Below are positions 1 through 12,026 of a DNA stretch of 64,000 bases, in pieces (positions within the stretch are counted from its first letter, which is position 1; every line of letters starts with the position of its first letter). The stretch comes from Rebecca billardiae RCC1528 (Eukaryota > Protista > Haptophyta): assembly GCA_965240325.2 (NCBI GenBank), contig OZ251222.1, positions 1,798,001 through 1,862,000 on the forward strand. The letters are read 5' to 3'. Both the position numbers and the translations under genes were made by a program. Below the pieces are notes generated by a model. The model saw only the letters and a list, made by a program, of their open reading frames with translations, was not told the origin of the DNA and searched no databases.

Positions 1-73
1 TCGAACACGCGTTTTCCTCCACGCACGGCGGCCGTCGCCGCAGCACGAGAGCCCCGCGCGCGGGCAGCGCGCC

Positions 74-170
74 TTAATGTGGTGGCGGGATCCTTAATGT
101 GGCAGTGGTCAACCGGCTGCCACATTAAGGCTTAATGTGGTGGCGGGATTCGGCTTAATGTGGTAACCGG
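74..170. repeat. Cluster of TTAATGTGG motifs (four forward, one inverted)
   Basis: CTTAATGTGG occurs four times. CCACATTAAG at ~120-129 forms a near-palindrome with the next copy. Resembles subterminal repeats of an element cut off by the window edge. Confidence 0.6.
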
Positions 171-473
171 CTGAAGTCCAAATGCGGTCTCGTCGGCGCG
201 CTTTCGCCTGCCACCTCGTGCACCCGTGCCGCCAGTTTCATCGTCTTCATGAGGACTGCTGCTGCTGTCGCCATCCGCTCTCCATCACCCCGAGTCGCCG
301 GTCGCGCGGCGCGCGCGGTAGGCACTAGGCAGGGCGTGCGGTCACTCACCCGTGCAACGGGTCAAGTGGCCAGAGTACGTCTGGTCGTTGGCTGGCACGG
401 GCCGCAGCGCTAAAGCACCCTGCTGTCACACCCGACTCCTTCAGTACTCCGAGCTCCGCGGCACGACTCACTC

Positions 474-601
474 GGCACGATCGCGGACGGGTCGGATCCG
501 AGCTGATCAGCCAGAGTTGGACACAGTTTGGCAGCTACTAGTAGTAATTCCGATGCCGATGGCACGATCGCGGACGGGTCGGATCCGAGCTGATCAGCCA
601 G
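474..601 (+). repeat. 41-bp direct repeat pair
   Basis: GGCACGATCGCGGACGGGTCGGATCCGAGCTGATCAGCCAG at 474-514 and 561-601. Confidence 0.8.
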
Positions 602-814
602 TTGGACATTTGGCAGCTAGTTGTCAGACGGACGTCCGATTTGACGACCGGTGCCGGGTGCGGTCTCAGGTCCGCTGCTGTGATTGTGTGAAGTGTGAAT
701 GAGTCTCGCGGTCGCGCAGGCAGGGCGACGGTCGGACTAATATAGCTTCAGTCATCTCAGAACCGACTTCAACTGGCGAACTGCCACTACGGCGGAGAGC
801 CGCGATTGCACGGC

Positions 815-872
815 CACCGCGGGCCCCCAACTGCGTTGATTCTATGCAGAAAAGGACCGCGGAACGCGGTCA
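815..872 (+). mobile_element. Orphan 3' end of a family A Helitron2-like element
   Basis: CACCGCGGGCC (815-825), a spacer, then hairpin GACCGCG-GAA-CGCGGTC-A (855-872). Same end as 4482-4538 and 25915-25970. Confidence 0.75.
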
Positions 873-1602
873 TATATGATTAATGACGTATAGTTAATGG
901 CCCGCGGTGCAGGCGGAGCGCGCAGCGTGGAGCCCGCACCAGCGGGCCCGAACCACGTTTCAAAAAGATCTTTGATCAAGAAAAAAGGGACGGGGGGCGA
1001 TTTTTAGGGCTGGCGGAGACCGAGTTTCGAGTTTTTGAGATCGCATAGAGAGGTCTATTAGGCCGAAAATAACCGCGCCCAGCTGATTCCCATAAGTAAA
1101 GTGCGATCTGGACGTCAGCTGGACGTGACATTAACGTAACGGTTCGTTACGAGCGCGAGTTTAAGTATGAGAACCGCCAACCGATAAAAACGGCAAGGCA
1201 AGGGATAGGCTTCGCGAAGGCAGAGGAGCCGCGAACATCTCAATATTATCTCGGTACGAGCGATCTTTCCGTCTCGGCGGGTCGAATAATAATTGGCGGG
1301 AAGGCCATATTCAATAGCAGTGCTCCGTTAAGGAGGAATCGAGCCGCGGGTCGTAAGTACGTCATTATTGAGTGATTGAATCGCATCTCATCAATGCTAT
1401 CATACTGTAGTATGATCATGAGCCGCTAGAAGATAGAAATACCGCGCTTCAGGTAGTACCTGCTCATTCAGATTCGCGTGCGCGCAAACTACGCGCATCA
1501 ATATGATACGTTTTACTACCGGCGGCCCTCGTGGGGGCGCCTCGTCACGAGGCGGCAGCGCACGCTGCGCAGCGAGGCGGGGAGACGCGAGCAAAGTGGG
1601 CT

Positions 1603-2307
1603 ATGGCAAGCAGCACATCGACAGGCGACGCCGACCAGGACTTCGTTCTCCGCGTATTGAACGCGCTGCTCGACTCGGGGACAGTGACGAGGGTGGGCAA
1701 ACACACGCTGCAGAGCACCGCTGCCGCCATCTCCGTCGCCAGGCACAAGCAGACCATCACCGGAGCCGCGAGCGAGTACCGCGTGTCGATTCATGCGATC
1801 AAGACGCTCCTCGGCCAGGTTCGCAACGTGCTGGAGGCGGAGGGCGCACTCGGCAGCGGCGGCGCGGCGCGGTTGATCACCGACTTCACCACGCGCCCCG
1901 CAGGCCAGGCCCCTCCCTCCTCCTCACCCGGCCCAACAGCTGGCAGCCGCTTCACGGCACTCGCCGCGCTCGACGGGGAAATGCCCGCTGCAGAGCAAGC
2001 ACAGCCGCAGCGGGGGCGCCCGGCCGGCTCGCTCAGCCTGCTGGGCACGCTCAACCTAGGCGTCACGTGCTACCTCGGCTCGCTGCTGGCGGCGCTGCTC
2101 GCGTGCCCTTCCATCGTCTCGCTCGCCACATCTGCCGCTGCTGAGCAGTCCACCAACCCCATCGTGTCCAGCATGCGCGAGCTGGCGCTCGCGCATGTCA
2201 ACTGCGAGTGGCCCAGCGAGGTGGGGCCGACGCGCAGCTTGCTCGAGCCGCTCCACGACGGGACTGCGGCATGTTCTTGTGCCACTGTGCAGCTGCCGTT
2301 GTGCTGA
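1603..2307 (+). pseudogene. Truncated ubiquitin-specific protease (C19)-like ORF inside family A element
   Basis: GTLNLGVTCYLGSLLAALLACP resembles the USP Cys box GLxNLGNTCYxNSxLQxL. The ORF stops ~70 codons later and no His box is visible. Confidence 0.55.
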
Positions 2308-2834
2308 GCAAGTCCATCGACTTTGATCAGCGCCACATGCCCTACCTGAGGTGCGCGCACATGCGCACTGGCGGGCGCCAGCCTGACAGTGCTGCCCACG
2401 CCCCACGTGCTGCTGACCAATGAGCTGCCCACACCCCCACACGTGCGCCACACGTGTGCGCGTCGTGACTGACTTGTGGCGCACTCAGACGGCGCATGGT
2501 TCTGGATCTACTTTCATACCGCGCTGAGGCGAGGCTCGACGAGGATGACGATGACGATGATGAGGACTGCTGCTTGATTATTCCTGAACGATGACGACGA
2601 GTAGTACGACGATGGCAGTCCGAATGTGAAATGTCGTCGTCTTCTGATGACGATGAATGAATAACTATAGCGTGCACTCCTGCTGACGGTGATGATCAGA
2701 TCGGAATGCACACCGCGCCGCCACTCCATTCGGTAGTAGGGCGTGGCACCGGCTCCGCACACCGTGGATGGGCACCGTAGCCGACTGGGGCAAGCTAGAT
2801 GAGCCGATTCGATGATGATGATGACTACTGATTC

Positions 2835-3151
2835 CAGGGGTGCTAATGCACCTCTGCGGAGCAGCGCCGTGAGCAGCTCGGTGCCCATCTAGCTACCAAC
2901 CTCGCCCATGCGTGCCGTGCACGGTCTCAGTGTCCACAGATAGCCCTCCCAGTCAAGTGGTACATTCCAATCGTGCTGCCCATCTAATGGAGGCGACTGG
3001 CTGCTGTGACTGTGAGAGAACCTATTCAGTCGATGGGGAGGGCGATCGGTGGACACTGCTGCCGTGTAAGGCAAGCGTGGGCGAGGTGGCTAGCTAGATG
3101 GGCACCGAGCTGCTCACTGCGCTGCTCCGCAGAGGAGCATAAGCATCCCTG
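2835..3151. mobile_element. Foldback/MITE with ~110-bp imperfect inverted arms
   Basis: CAGGGGTGCTAATGCACCTCTGCGGAGCAGCG... on the left is mirrored by ...CGCTGCTCCGCAGAGGAGCATAAGCATCCCTG on the right. No clear TSD. Confidence 0.65.
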
Positions 3152-3229
3152 AATGAAGGTGCTTCGTCCTCGCGGTAGGTGCCAGCTGCCTCCATTGCTC
3201 CCGCGCACAAAACAATGCGGCGAGCGGAC

Positions 3230-3659
3230 CAGGGCTCAAAGATCCGGTGCTCGGTACGCGTACCGGTGCACCGGCGCCGCAGGCGCCGGTGCCGGTACAC
3301 CGGTGCGCGCACCGCGGGGGGGTCCGGGGGGGTGTCCCCCCCGGGGCCCCGCCGGCCCGAGGCGAAGAAAATTTTTGGGCCTATTTACTGATAGAAACAG
3401 CCCAATTATTGGACGAATAAATATCGGCGGCGTATTCGCCTCCCGCCCTGAGAGTGCCAGCCGAGTGACTCCGACCTCGGACACTGACAAGTGACGGCTC
3501 CGCGTACTCCGCGTACTCGCGGGTGCTGTGGTCCGGGCGCACACGACCCCTCCCGGACTCTCACCGGTGCGCGGCAGTTTGTGGCGGTGCATACCGGTAC
3601 GCACCGGTACGCACCGGTACGGTATTTACCGGTGTCCGGTGTACCGTCTTGGAGCCCTG
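3230..3659. mobile_element. hAT-like MITE (~430 bp)
   Basis: TIRs CAGGGCTCAAAGA / TCTTGGAGCCCTG (12/13 match), with many ACCGGT subterminal repeats at both ends. Flanks GCGAGCGGAC / GTCAGCGGAC suggest a decayed TSD. Confidence 0.65.
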
Positions 3660-5769
3660 GTCAGCGGACTGAGCCAGCTGCGAACCTTTTGGACGACGAT
3701 AGCAGATTATATTTCTCGTCAATTCATGGTACGCTGCCGCCCTGTTTATTTTCAGCTGCTGAATATGATGCGCTACTGTCTGTAGGGTCTGTAGGGGGGG
3801 GGGGGGTGCTGGTTAGTTTTGGGGTGCTTTTGCTTTTGGGGTGCCACTGGGCGCCGCACTGGGTGGCCGCGCGAGCTGGCTGGGAGAGCATGGCCACTCC
3901 ACTCTCCAGCGGCTCGCCATGTCCCACAAGGCGACTCTGGGCAACTGCGCTGCCCGCCTCGGCGGCATCGCGAGTCAGAGTGCTTCGGCGCGTCGCTTCC
4001 GCCTCATCAGGAGTGAGTGCAGGGAGATCCCCAGCCTGGGCAGCAAGACAAGGCGGCTCGCTTCGCCGAGCATGCTGCCCAGAAGCCCGAGCCACTCGTG
4101 CGCACACACCTCCCAAGTTAGCAGTTTTTGGGTGGGGTTGTAGTGGGGTCAATTTCAAGCGCGCCTTGCGCGAGCATGTGTGGCCGCGGCGACCCGGCCC
4201 CAGCCGCCGCTGGGTGCCTTACCTACCGACACTGGCGTCCTCACGGCTTGTCCCCGACGGCGAGGGAGAGGGGTGCCCATCTTGCGTCCGTCCGCACTGA
4301 GCCTCTCTGTGACGGGGGTGGTTTTGGCAGTTGAGGGCACCCCTGGAAAACCCACCCACCCACCCACCCACCCCATATATATTATTGATTAATTTCGACG
4401 ACGGGACGATGCCTTGGTGGGTACTGGGTAGCCCGGTTGCGGGTCAGTCAGGAGGGGGCCAGCTGAGGGGTCAGACACTCACACCGCGGGCCCCGAACTA
4501 CGTTGGTTCTACGGAAAAAGGACCGCGGAACGCGGTCATATATATATACGATCAATACGACGCTACTTTTTTCCCGCGGGAACCGTTACTCGTTAGTTAC
4601 CGCGCCAGTGGCAGTACTGTGAGTACACTAGGTAATCGTGCCGTCGGTCGTCGTTATATCTGATCATCCGTTCGACGACGAGTCTCGGACTCTGTCTCTG
4701 AGAGCACGGACGTAAGTTTTGCTGCTGATAACCTAGTACCTACGACTTAGATTGCTGCATGCCCAGTGCTAATGTTGGTAACGATATTGTTATAGCTATT
4801 ATGACGACCCGCTGCCCTTCGGCCTTCCTGGCCGGACCGTCACCCTGCCAGTGCCACGGTGGCCACGCCGCACGCGGCCACGGCCCACGGCCACTGCCAC
4901 TGGGCACCAGTCACCACGCCCAACCAACTAGTGGCCGCCCAGGCGGCCGACGTCGCCGTCCGTGCACTCCGACGTGCCGAGGATTCCGTGCGGCTCGCGT
5001 TCGGCGTTGGGTTGCGGTTGGCGTCGCCGGGCACTGCGAACTGACTGCGCTGCACGGTCCGACTGCTCCGTCACTCTGACTCCGAGATGAATATTATAAT
5101 TTATGATTCCGCCGGTCAGATCGTGCCCGCGTTATATTTACCACTACCAGCCCCGGCGGGCCGCGGCGCGGACCGTAGCACAGAAGCACTTGTCCGTGAC
5201 ACTCTGCGGCACAGCCGGCGCACTGCTGACCTATTGAATACTCACTTCTTAATTATGTATTAATCAACTCATTTTAATATTGCAGCGATCTCGCACGGGG
5301 CTGACTCCGTTACGACTACGAGCGGCACTCTCCGCTCGGGCTCCGCCGGCGCCCGGCCGCCCGCGCCGGCGCGCGCCGCGGGGCGCCGGACCGTGCCCCG
5401 ATGCCCGTGGGACGCAGGCCTCAGATTGGCATTAACCAGAGAGAACTGTTTCTGTCTGATGTCGACTGTCAATGGCGTCGACTGAATGTCGTAACTCACC
5501 AGCTCAAATTGGCAAGCCTGTCACACTCCGCAGTGCTGACTGACGGACTGCATCTGCTGCTGGTGGCCGGTGCAGCGCCTTATGTATCCGTGAGGGCGCA
5601 AGCCCTCGATGAAATGCGCGTCCCTGCTCCTGACACACACGCGCCGCCAGCGTACCGGGTCGGAACCTTGCACGCAGCCCCTGCTGTGCGCAAACTCGCA
5701 TCCTGCCCGCCAAACCCTGCGGGGCAGCTCGCCAACCAGATGCCTGCGCGGCGAAGAGCGGCGGCGTGA

Positions 5770-6126
5770 TCACTTGGCGTGTGGGTGGCTGCAGATGAAG
5801 TTGATCGCATCCTCGCATGTCTGGATCTTCTCTGCATCCGCATCCTCGATCTCCAGGGCGAATTCATCCTCGAACGCCATCACCACCTCAACAGTGTCGA
5901 GGCTGTCCAGCCCGAGGTCGCTCACAAAGCTCGACTTGGGCGTCACCTTGGCCGGGTCGACCTTCTCAAAGCTCTTCACCACACCGAGGACACGGTCGGT
6001 GACGTCGGTCCGGTCGAGGAACTCCGCGAGGTGACGCGCCCCCACCACGGCCGGCGCAAGCCGGGCCGCGACCAGCGGCCGCGTCGCGCCGGACCGCAGC
6101 ACCCGCGAGGCGACCGACAGCAGCAT
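5770..6126 (-). CDS. Mitochondrial acyl carrier protein (NDUFAB1/ACP1-like)
   Basis: DLGLDSLDTVEVVMAFEDEF phosphopantetheine motif and an Arg-rich transit peptide from MLLSVASR. Confidence 0.95.
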   Translation of the reverse strand: MLLSVASRVLRSGATRPLVAARLAPAVVGARHLAEFLDRTDVTDRVLGVVKSFEKVDPAKVTPKSSFVSDLGLDSLDTVEVVMAFEDEFALEIEDADAEKIQTCEDAINFICSHPHAK

Positions 6127-6749
6127 TCTCCACAGCTCGTCGGCCCGCAAACTACGTGAGACCGCGCTGCTGCCGGTCGGCCGCGTCCGGACGACTTGCC
6201 GCCATCTTTTCATCGCGTCCATATCTTTTTCGTCAGCCTGCGAAAATCTTTTCAGCGCGGAGCTTCGGGAAGCTGGTCAGGAGTCTCGCCACTGCCAAGT
6301 CCACGCACGGCCAGGCCCAGGCCGCTGGCAAGAGCGCGGCGGAGTCGGCCATCCGAGCGAGCTCCTCGGCCCGATCACGCGCCTCACTCTCTGACTGCGG
6401 CTTTTGACTACTTTGTTCTGGTCCACTGCGCGGATGCGCGCAGTTGGCAGTGTTGCTGAAACTGATAGTACACGAACTGATGATGTTGGCAGGACGACGG
6501 CAGTGTTGATCGACGAGCGTCGAGTCGCATCCAACTCGCCGACTGAGGAGCGAGGTGCGGGCTTGCGGCCCCAGCCTCAGCGCCACCGGCTCGCAACACG
6601 CCGGGGATGCCTCGACGTCGTGGGCGTTGTCATGATCGGAGAAAACGTTGGGGTGCACACAAATGATCCGCACTGCGCAAGCGGTCAAGGCCGTCCGACG
6701 GCTCCGCGCGACGGCTGCTGCACGCGCGCGCCTGCGGGCGTGCCACGTC

Positions 6750-8132
6750 TCACAGCAGGTGCTCGAAGGCGAGCGCCTTGATGTTCTGGCGCACGCACTC
6801 GAAGATATTGCCCTCGCGGTACTCAAGCCCGTGCTTCTTGAAGAATGCACGCACCTCGGGCTGGATCTGCGCCGCGTGAATCCGCGTGCAGGGGCGGATA
6901 CGCGTCAGCCCCTGCGCGCCGCGGGCCCCGCCGCAGGCGCGCACAAGCGCGCGCGCGCGCACCGTCATCAGGTTGCCTGTGGGCATCATCGGGAAGAGGT
7001 GGTGCTCCGTCTGCAACGAGATGAAGCCGGTGAGCACGTTGACGAGCCAGCCGCCGGTGATGTTCCGCGAGGTGAGCGCCGTCTGCTCGACCAGCGTCAT
7101 CCCGCGCACCTGCTCCTTGTCGAGGATGTCCTCGCCGTAGTGCGTCGCAAACACAGTGATGCCGGTGCCAAACCCGCGGAGCAGCGTGATCAGGCCGAGC
7201 AGGTGGTAGTTGCCCGCGAAGACCCACGCGACGATGGCGTAGTGCGCGACGAGCGCGAGCAGCTGCGGCACCATGCTCGGCAGCCGCATCAGCACGTACG
7301 CCAGCGACTCGAGCCGCCAGTACACGTCGAGGATCGCCATGAGCGGCACGTAGTAGTACTGCTGGTACCGCTGGAAGGTGTTGAGCGCCTTAGCAATGTT
7401 CGGGTTGTTGCGCACGTACACGAGCACCGGCGCCGTCTTGATGTCGGGGTCCGAGCCGTCCTCGTTGGTGCACACGTGGTGCGTGTTGTGCCGCGCGCGC
7501 CACCACTCCACGGCGTACCCCTGCAGGAAGCCGAGGAAGTAGCCCATCGCGTTGTTCCAGCCCACGGTGCGCGAGACTGGCCCCTTGAACACCGCGTGGT
7601 GCAGGTAGTCGTGCGCGAGCCAGCCGTCGAGGTACCAGCCGAAGCCGATCATCAGCGCGCCGACGAGCGGCGAGCCCACCCCCGCCTTAAGCATGTACCC
7701 GCCCGCAAAGATCGGCAAGACCGTGAGGCACAGCTTGAACAGCTCGTCCATCGGGCACGGCTCGTAGTAGCCGGCCGCAATGTGCCGGTCGATCATGGCT
7801 TTGAAGTCCTTCCCCATCGGCGACTGCGAGGGGAGCGGCGTGTCTTGCGGCGCGTCCTCGGACTTCTTCAGCATGCCCTCCATCATCTTGATGGCGCGCT
7901 TCGAGTGGTACGACTCGAACTGCTCGGTCGCATCGCGGTCCTGGAAGATGCGGAAGACCTTGCTGCCGCCCGGGTGCACCTTCTGGAACTTGGTCACGTC
8001 GACGCTCTTGCCGTAGAGCACAATCTTGACCGACTTGCTCTCGTTGGCGCTCACCTCCGCGGGCGATGCCGCCGCGAGCGACGCATCCGGTGCCGTGCGC
8101 GCCTGCGCGCCGCTGTCTCCTCCCCGACCCAT
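6750..8132 (-). CDS. Front-end fatty acid desaturase, delta-8 type; one intron 6867-6962
   Basis: Cytochrome b5 HPGG motif and His boxes HDYLH, HNTHH, QTEHH. From memory, very similar to Pavlova/Rebecca delta-8 desaturases. Removing the GT-AG intron restores ...GNLMT|IQPEV. Confidence 0.93.
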   Translation of the reverse strand: MGRGGDSGAQARTAPDASLAAASPAEVSANESKSVKIVLYGKSVDVTKFQKVHPGGSKVFRIFQDRDATEQFESYHSKRAIKMMEGMLKKSEDAPQDTPLPSQSPMGKDFKAMIDRHIAAGYYEPCPMDELFKLCLTVLPIFAGGYMLKAGVGSPLVGALMIGFGWYLDGWLAHDYLHHAVFKGPVSRTVGWNNAMGYFLGFLQGYAVEWWRARHNTHHVCTNEDGSDPDIKTAPVLVYVRNNPNIAKALNTFQRYQQYYYVPLMAILDVYWRLESLAYVLMRLPSMVPQLLALVAHYAIVAWVFAGNYHLLGLITLLRGFGTGITVFATHYGEDILDKEQVRGMTLVEQTALTSRNITGGWLVNVLTGFISLQTEHHLFPMMPTGNLMTVRARALVRACGGARGAQGLTRIRPCTRIHAAQIQPEVRAFFKKHGLEYREGNIFECVRQNIKALAFEHLL

Positions 8133-8350
8133 GTGACGACCTTCTGCGGCGTGCGGACCTACAGCAAGATTCCCTCTCTCATTGGCCCGCGGCCTGGAAC
8201 CAACGAGAGGCGTCGATGCCACCGAGATGCCCGCCACGACCGGCCAGTTATTATTTAGAGGAGGAAAGCCCTCGAAAAGACAGGATGGCGGCCATCGCGC
8301 CCCGAAAGGCCGAAAGCTGGTGGAGCCAGGACCGCACAACGGCTCCCCGC

Positions 8351-9097
8351 CAACCGGTCCAGACCTCGGGATTATCTGAAGATCTGCACGCCAGTGGGCG
8401 GCCCACTGGCGTGCAGATTTCGGGTTTCGTCAGGTTGGCGCGCGCTGGGGCGGACGCTCCCGCCGCCACCTCGCTCTCGCCTTCCGCCGCCAGGGCGAGG
8501 CCGCGCGAAGTCCAGTAGATCTTCCGATGGGACGCAGCGGGGCGGTAGCGAAGCGGTGAACTACTGTCGCTTGCGCGTGGCGCAGCGCTTCGCGCCCTCG
8601 CACCTCGACGGTCAGCTGCAGGCCCGCGAGAGCGCGAGCGTGCGCCGCCGCCACATTCAGCCAGAGCCATGCCGCGCCTTGCCTGCCGAGGCAGCAAAGA
8701 GGCACGCACGTGAAGCCGCTGGGCACCATGGCGCGCGCCCACGACCGTACTGTCACATGGCTCACGCCGTCCTGGGATGCGCGCCTCGGGTTGCGCTCAG
8801 CGCGCGCATACTTTGCGGGGACGACAGCACGGCTGAAGCCGAGAGGCGGCGCACACGCCCGTGCGGGCTCAAGGCGCCGAGAAGATGGTCAGACGCGAGT
8901 TGCCCGGCGCAGCGCGGCGCAGAAAGGCCCTATGCCTCTGCCCGACCGCGTGCGCCATCGCCGCGTGCACGTCTACGACTGCGGCGGCGCGGCAGCGGGC
9001 GGCGCCTCGCGGCGGATGGCTGTGGCGGGCGCACGCGGCGGGTTTTGAATTTCTCTCATTTTCCGAGTTTCCCAAATCCTGAGGTCTGGACCGGTTG
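8351..9097. mobile_element. Non-autonomous TIR element (~750 bp) between the desaturase and SDR start codons
   Basis: TIR CAACCGGTCCAGACCTCGGGATT vs AATCCTGAGGTCTGGACCGGTTG (22/23 match). Flanks CTCCCCGC / GTCCCCGC, or a perfect 6-bp TCCCCG if the ends are moved out by 1 bp. Confidence 0.8.
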
Positions 9098-9273
9098 GTC
9101 CCCGCCCCGGCCGGGGGGCCCAAGAGGAGCGCGCGAAATGAAGCAACCGCAGAAGAAGAGAAAAGCTTTTCGTCGGCCAAATTCATTCAAAATGGGCCAA
9201 TAAAAACGGCGCCTGTGCGACGACGGCCGAGACGCCGATCGAGCCTTCAGCGCGTCGGCCGCCGTCATCATCA

Positions 9274-10585
9274 ATGCGCCGTGCCGTGAGGGCGTTTGCG
9301 TGGGCGGCCCTGGCTCAGTCGGCGCATGGCGCGATCCCTGTGGCGCGATCACAGCTTCTGCAGACCGCGCCGTCGCGCGCTCTCTCCACAAGCAGCTCCG
9401 CGGCGCGCGGGGTCCGCATGGGCCTCGCTGGCCGCATCATCGGCCCGCTGATCGGCGCCGCTGTGGGCGCGGCGGCGGGCGCAAGCCTTGCGCCAGCGCG
9501 CGCGGAGGGCGCGGAGTACACGATCGCCGACCAGCCCGCGCGCTTCGCCGCCGCGAAGAAGGCCAACAACCAGCGCGTCCTTGACATCACCAAGTTCTAC
9601 GACCCGAAGGCGATCGAGGGCAAGCGCGTGCTCGTCACGGGCGCCAACCGTGGGATCGGCCTCGCGCTGACAAAGCAGCTGGTGAAGGACGGCGCGAACG
9701 TGATCGCCGCCGTCCGCTCGGCGTCGAAGGAGCTCGAGGCGCTCGGCGTGGAGCAGATCGTCGCCGGCATCGACGTGCAGTCCGACGACTCGATGAAGAC
9801 GCTCACGGCGGCGATCGGACTGAAGCAGATCGACGTGCTCATCAACAACGCCGGCTACTTCTGGGAGCCGGTGGAGACGCTGGACAACCTCAACTTCGAC
9901 GAGGAGATGAAGATGATCGACATCTGCGCCGTCGGCCCGCTCCGCATCTCCGCCGCGCTCGTCAAGTCGGGCAACCTGAAGAAGGGCTCGAAGATTGCGA
10001 TGATCACCTCGCAGGGCGGCTCGATCAGCTGGCGCGACGTGCAGAACCCCGAGGGGCACGACTTTGGGCACCACAGTGCGCGCGCGCTCGCGCGCGCAGC
10101 CGTGCTCCGGTGCGGAGGGGTGCGCCTGGGCTCACGCACGCGCCCGCCACCTCTCCACGCGCACGCGCGCGCACAGTGTCCAAGGCGGCGGCCAACATGA
10201 TGTCCAAACTGCTTGCTCAGGAGCTCAAGAGCAGGGGCATCGCCGTGATCGTCCTCCACCCAGGTGCGGCTGGTGCCCGGCGGCTGGGATGGGCGTGCGG
10301 GGCGGAGGCGCGGAGAGCCGAGGGGGCTGGCGTGGCCGGCGATGCGCACCGCCCGCCCACGCGCCGCGCGGCCGTATCGTCACGCGCGTGGCGCGCGCCA
10401 TCCACTGCGGTCCAGGCTTCAACAAGACCGACATGACGGCCAAGTACAAGGACATCTGGGAGATCGAGGGCGCCGTCGACGTGGAGTGCGGCGCGATGCG
10501 CGTGCTGCACGAGATCAACATCGGCGGGATGGCCACCACGGGCAAATTCATCAACTGCGAAGACGGCCTGCAGATCCCATGGTGA
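9274..10585 (+). CDS. Short-chain dehydrogenase/reductase, CsgA/C-factor-like; introns 10076-10176 and 10264-10415
   Basis: VLVTGANRGIG and LINNAG motifs. The spliced model gives FGHHMSKAAANM...VLHPGFNKTDM...GKFINCEDGLQIPW. Transit-peptide-like N-terminus. Confidence 0.9.
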
Positions 10586-12026
10586 TCTGCCGGCGGCGCT
10601 CGGCGCCGACCGGTGTCAAGTCACTCGAAGGTGCACCGTTGGTGAGCACCAGTCAGGCGCGACAATCGACGCTCAGCATCGGCAGCCGAGCCCGAGTCGG
10701 CCGCGAGGGCCTCGATCGCATTCGTCATCCGATTAATTCGGGAAATATTCCAATCAGGTCCGTCAGCAGCCTACGCCACTCAATCACTCATCATTATTCA
10801 CATTGAATCAAGTGACTCTGAAAGACGAGTCTACGGAGTACGGTCAGTCTGCTGCTGCAGCCCGCGATGTCATTGCTGTTATTGTTATTAAACGACCGTA
10901 TGCATGACGATCTCGACTGATGAGCTAGTGACAGATTGAGATCGACTTCGGAAAGGCTGTGATGATGACGCCACCCGTCAGAGTGTCAGGACCTCAGACT
11001 GACGGTTCAGCACCGCAGTAATCAGTATCAGTAGGCGGATGAACTTTGCCGTACTCGGTACTGTCAATCACTGACTCAATAACTTGGCGGAGTCGTCACT
11101 TCAGCACTGTCGGTCCGTGATCGGGCCCCGCCGGTCCAACGGGGTCGGCATCGCCCGGGCCGGCCGCCGGGGCCGCGCAATTTATATCGATCACTCTTCG
11201 CAGCTACGCCTACAGGCGTCACAGCTAAGTTGTCACGCAGTTTACTACTCTAAGGATGAGGAGACGCACAGGCTTCGCAGACAGCTCAGGCAGGCGAGAT
11301 TATATCGTAGTCGCGTGATTATTAATAGACGTGACCAAATAGTTGTCGTCTATAGCGACGACTGCTCCTAGTCCTAGAGTAGTAGTTAACGATTAAAATG
11401 TACAGCAGCGGACGGACGACCGGTGGCGGTCGCGATCTGCCGCCCGTCTGGCCACTCGATCGTGAACACTGCTTCTTCGGAGAGTGAGTCTGGGCCGCGG
11501 CCCGCACCGCCCAGCGGCAGCGGGGCCAGTCGTCGGACTTGTTTATTCCCCGACTGCTGAGACAACTCAGTGACTGTCATACAACTGCTCAACGCAAGGT
11601 TGCTGAAGGCAGCTAATACTTTAAACATCGCTTGCGCCCGCTAGCTAGCAGCGCTAGCTAGCGTCAGCGTGGCGGCGCCGTGCCCGTGGCAGGGCAGTGG
11701 CAGGGCATCACTGCCATCAGTTGTGAGTTCGGACGGAGTTGAGTAGCAGTCAGATTAACTATACTCTACTTACTCTTATACTTAGTCGTCTTAGAGTTAG
11801 GCACGGTCACGCGCAGTTCCTGTATACCGACGGTTAATAATAATGATTATTCGCCTATATATATTCGGCGGCGGCGCGACCGCGTGGCTAATCAGAATCA
11901 TCGGGCGGAGCTATAACTCGCCTGATGCGGCTTTATTGACGCTACACTTAGTGTGGTCATCACGGACATCACGGCCCCGCCTCCCGGCAGCCGGGCGCCG
12001 CCAGCTCCCGGATTCATCACGCGGCA

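Larger units (their letters stand above)
898..4538 (+). mobile_element. Non-autonomous Helitron2/Helentron-like element, family A copy 1 (~3.6 kb, with nested MITEs)
   Basis: The 5' end TGGCCCGCGGTG plus ~140 bp is shared with 24403 onward. Its inverted complement CACCGCGGGCC is at 4482-4492 and the terminal hairpin at 4521-4537 is followed by A. Flanks read A|...|T with no TSD. Confidence 0.75.

Noticed and set aside
6648-8258. Long antisense or alternate-frame ORFs (also 14700-16586, 20976-22541, 36146-38602, 50588-52624)
   Set aside because: Shadow ORFs caused by high GC and codon bias opposite real genes, with no motifs.
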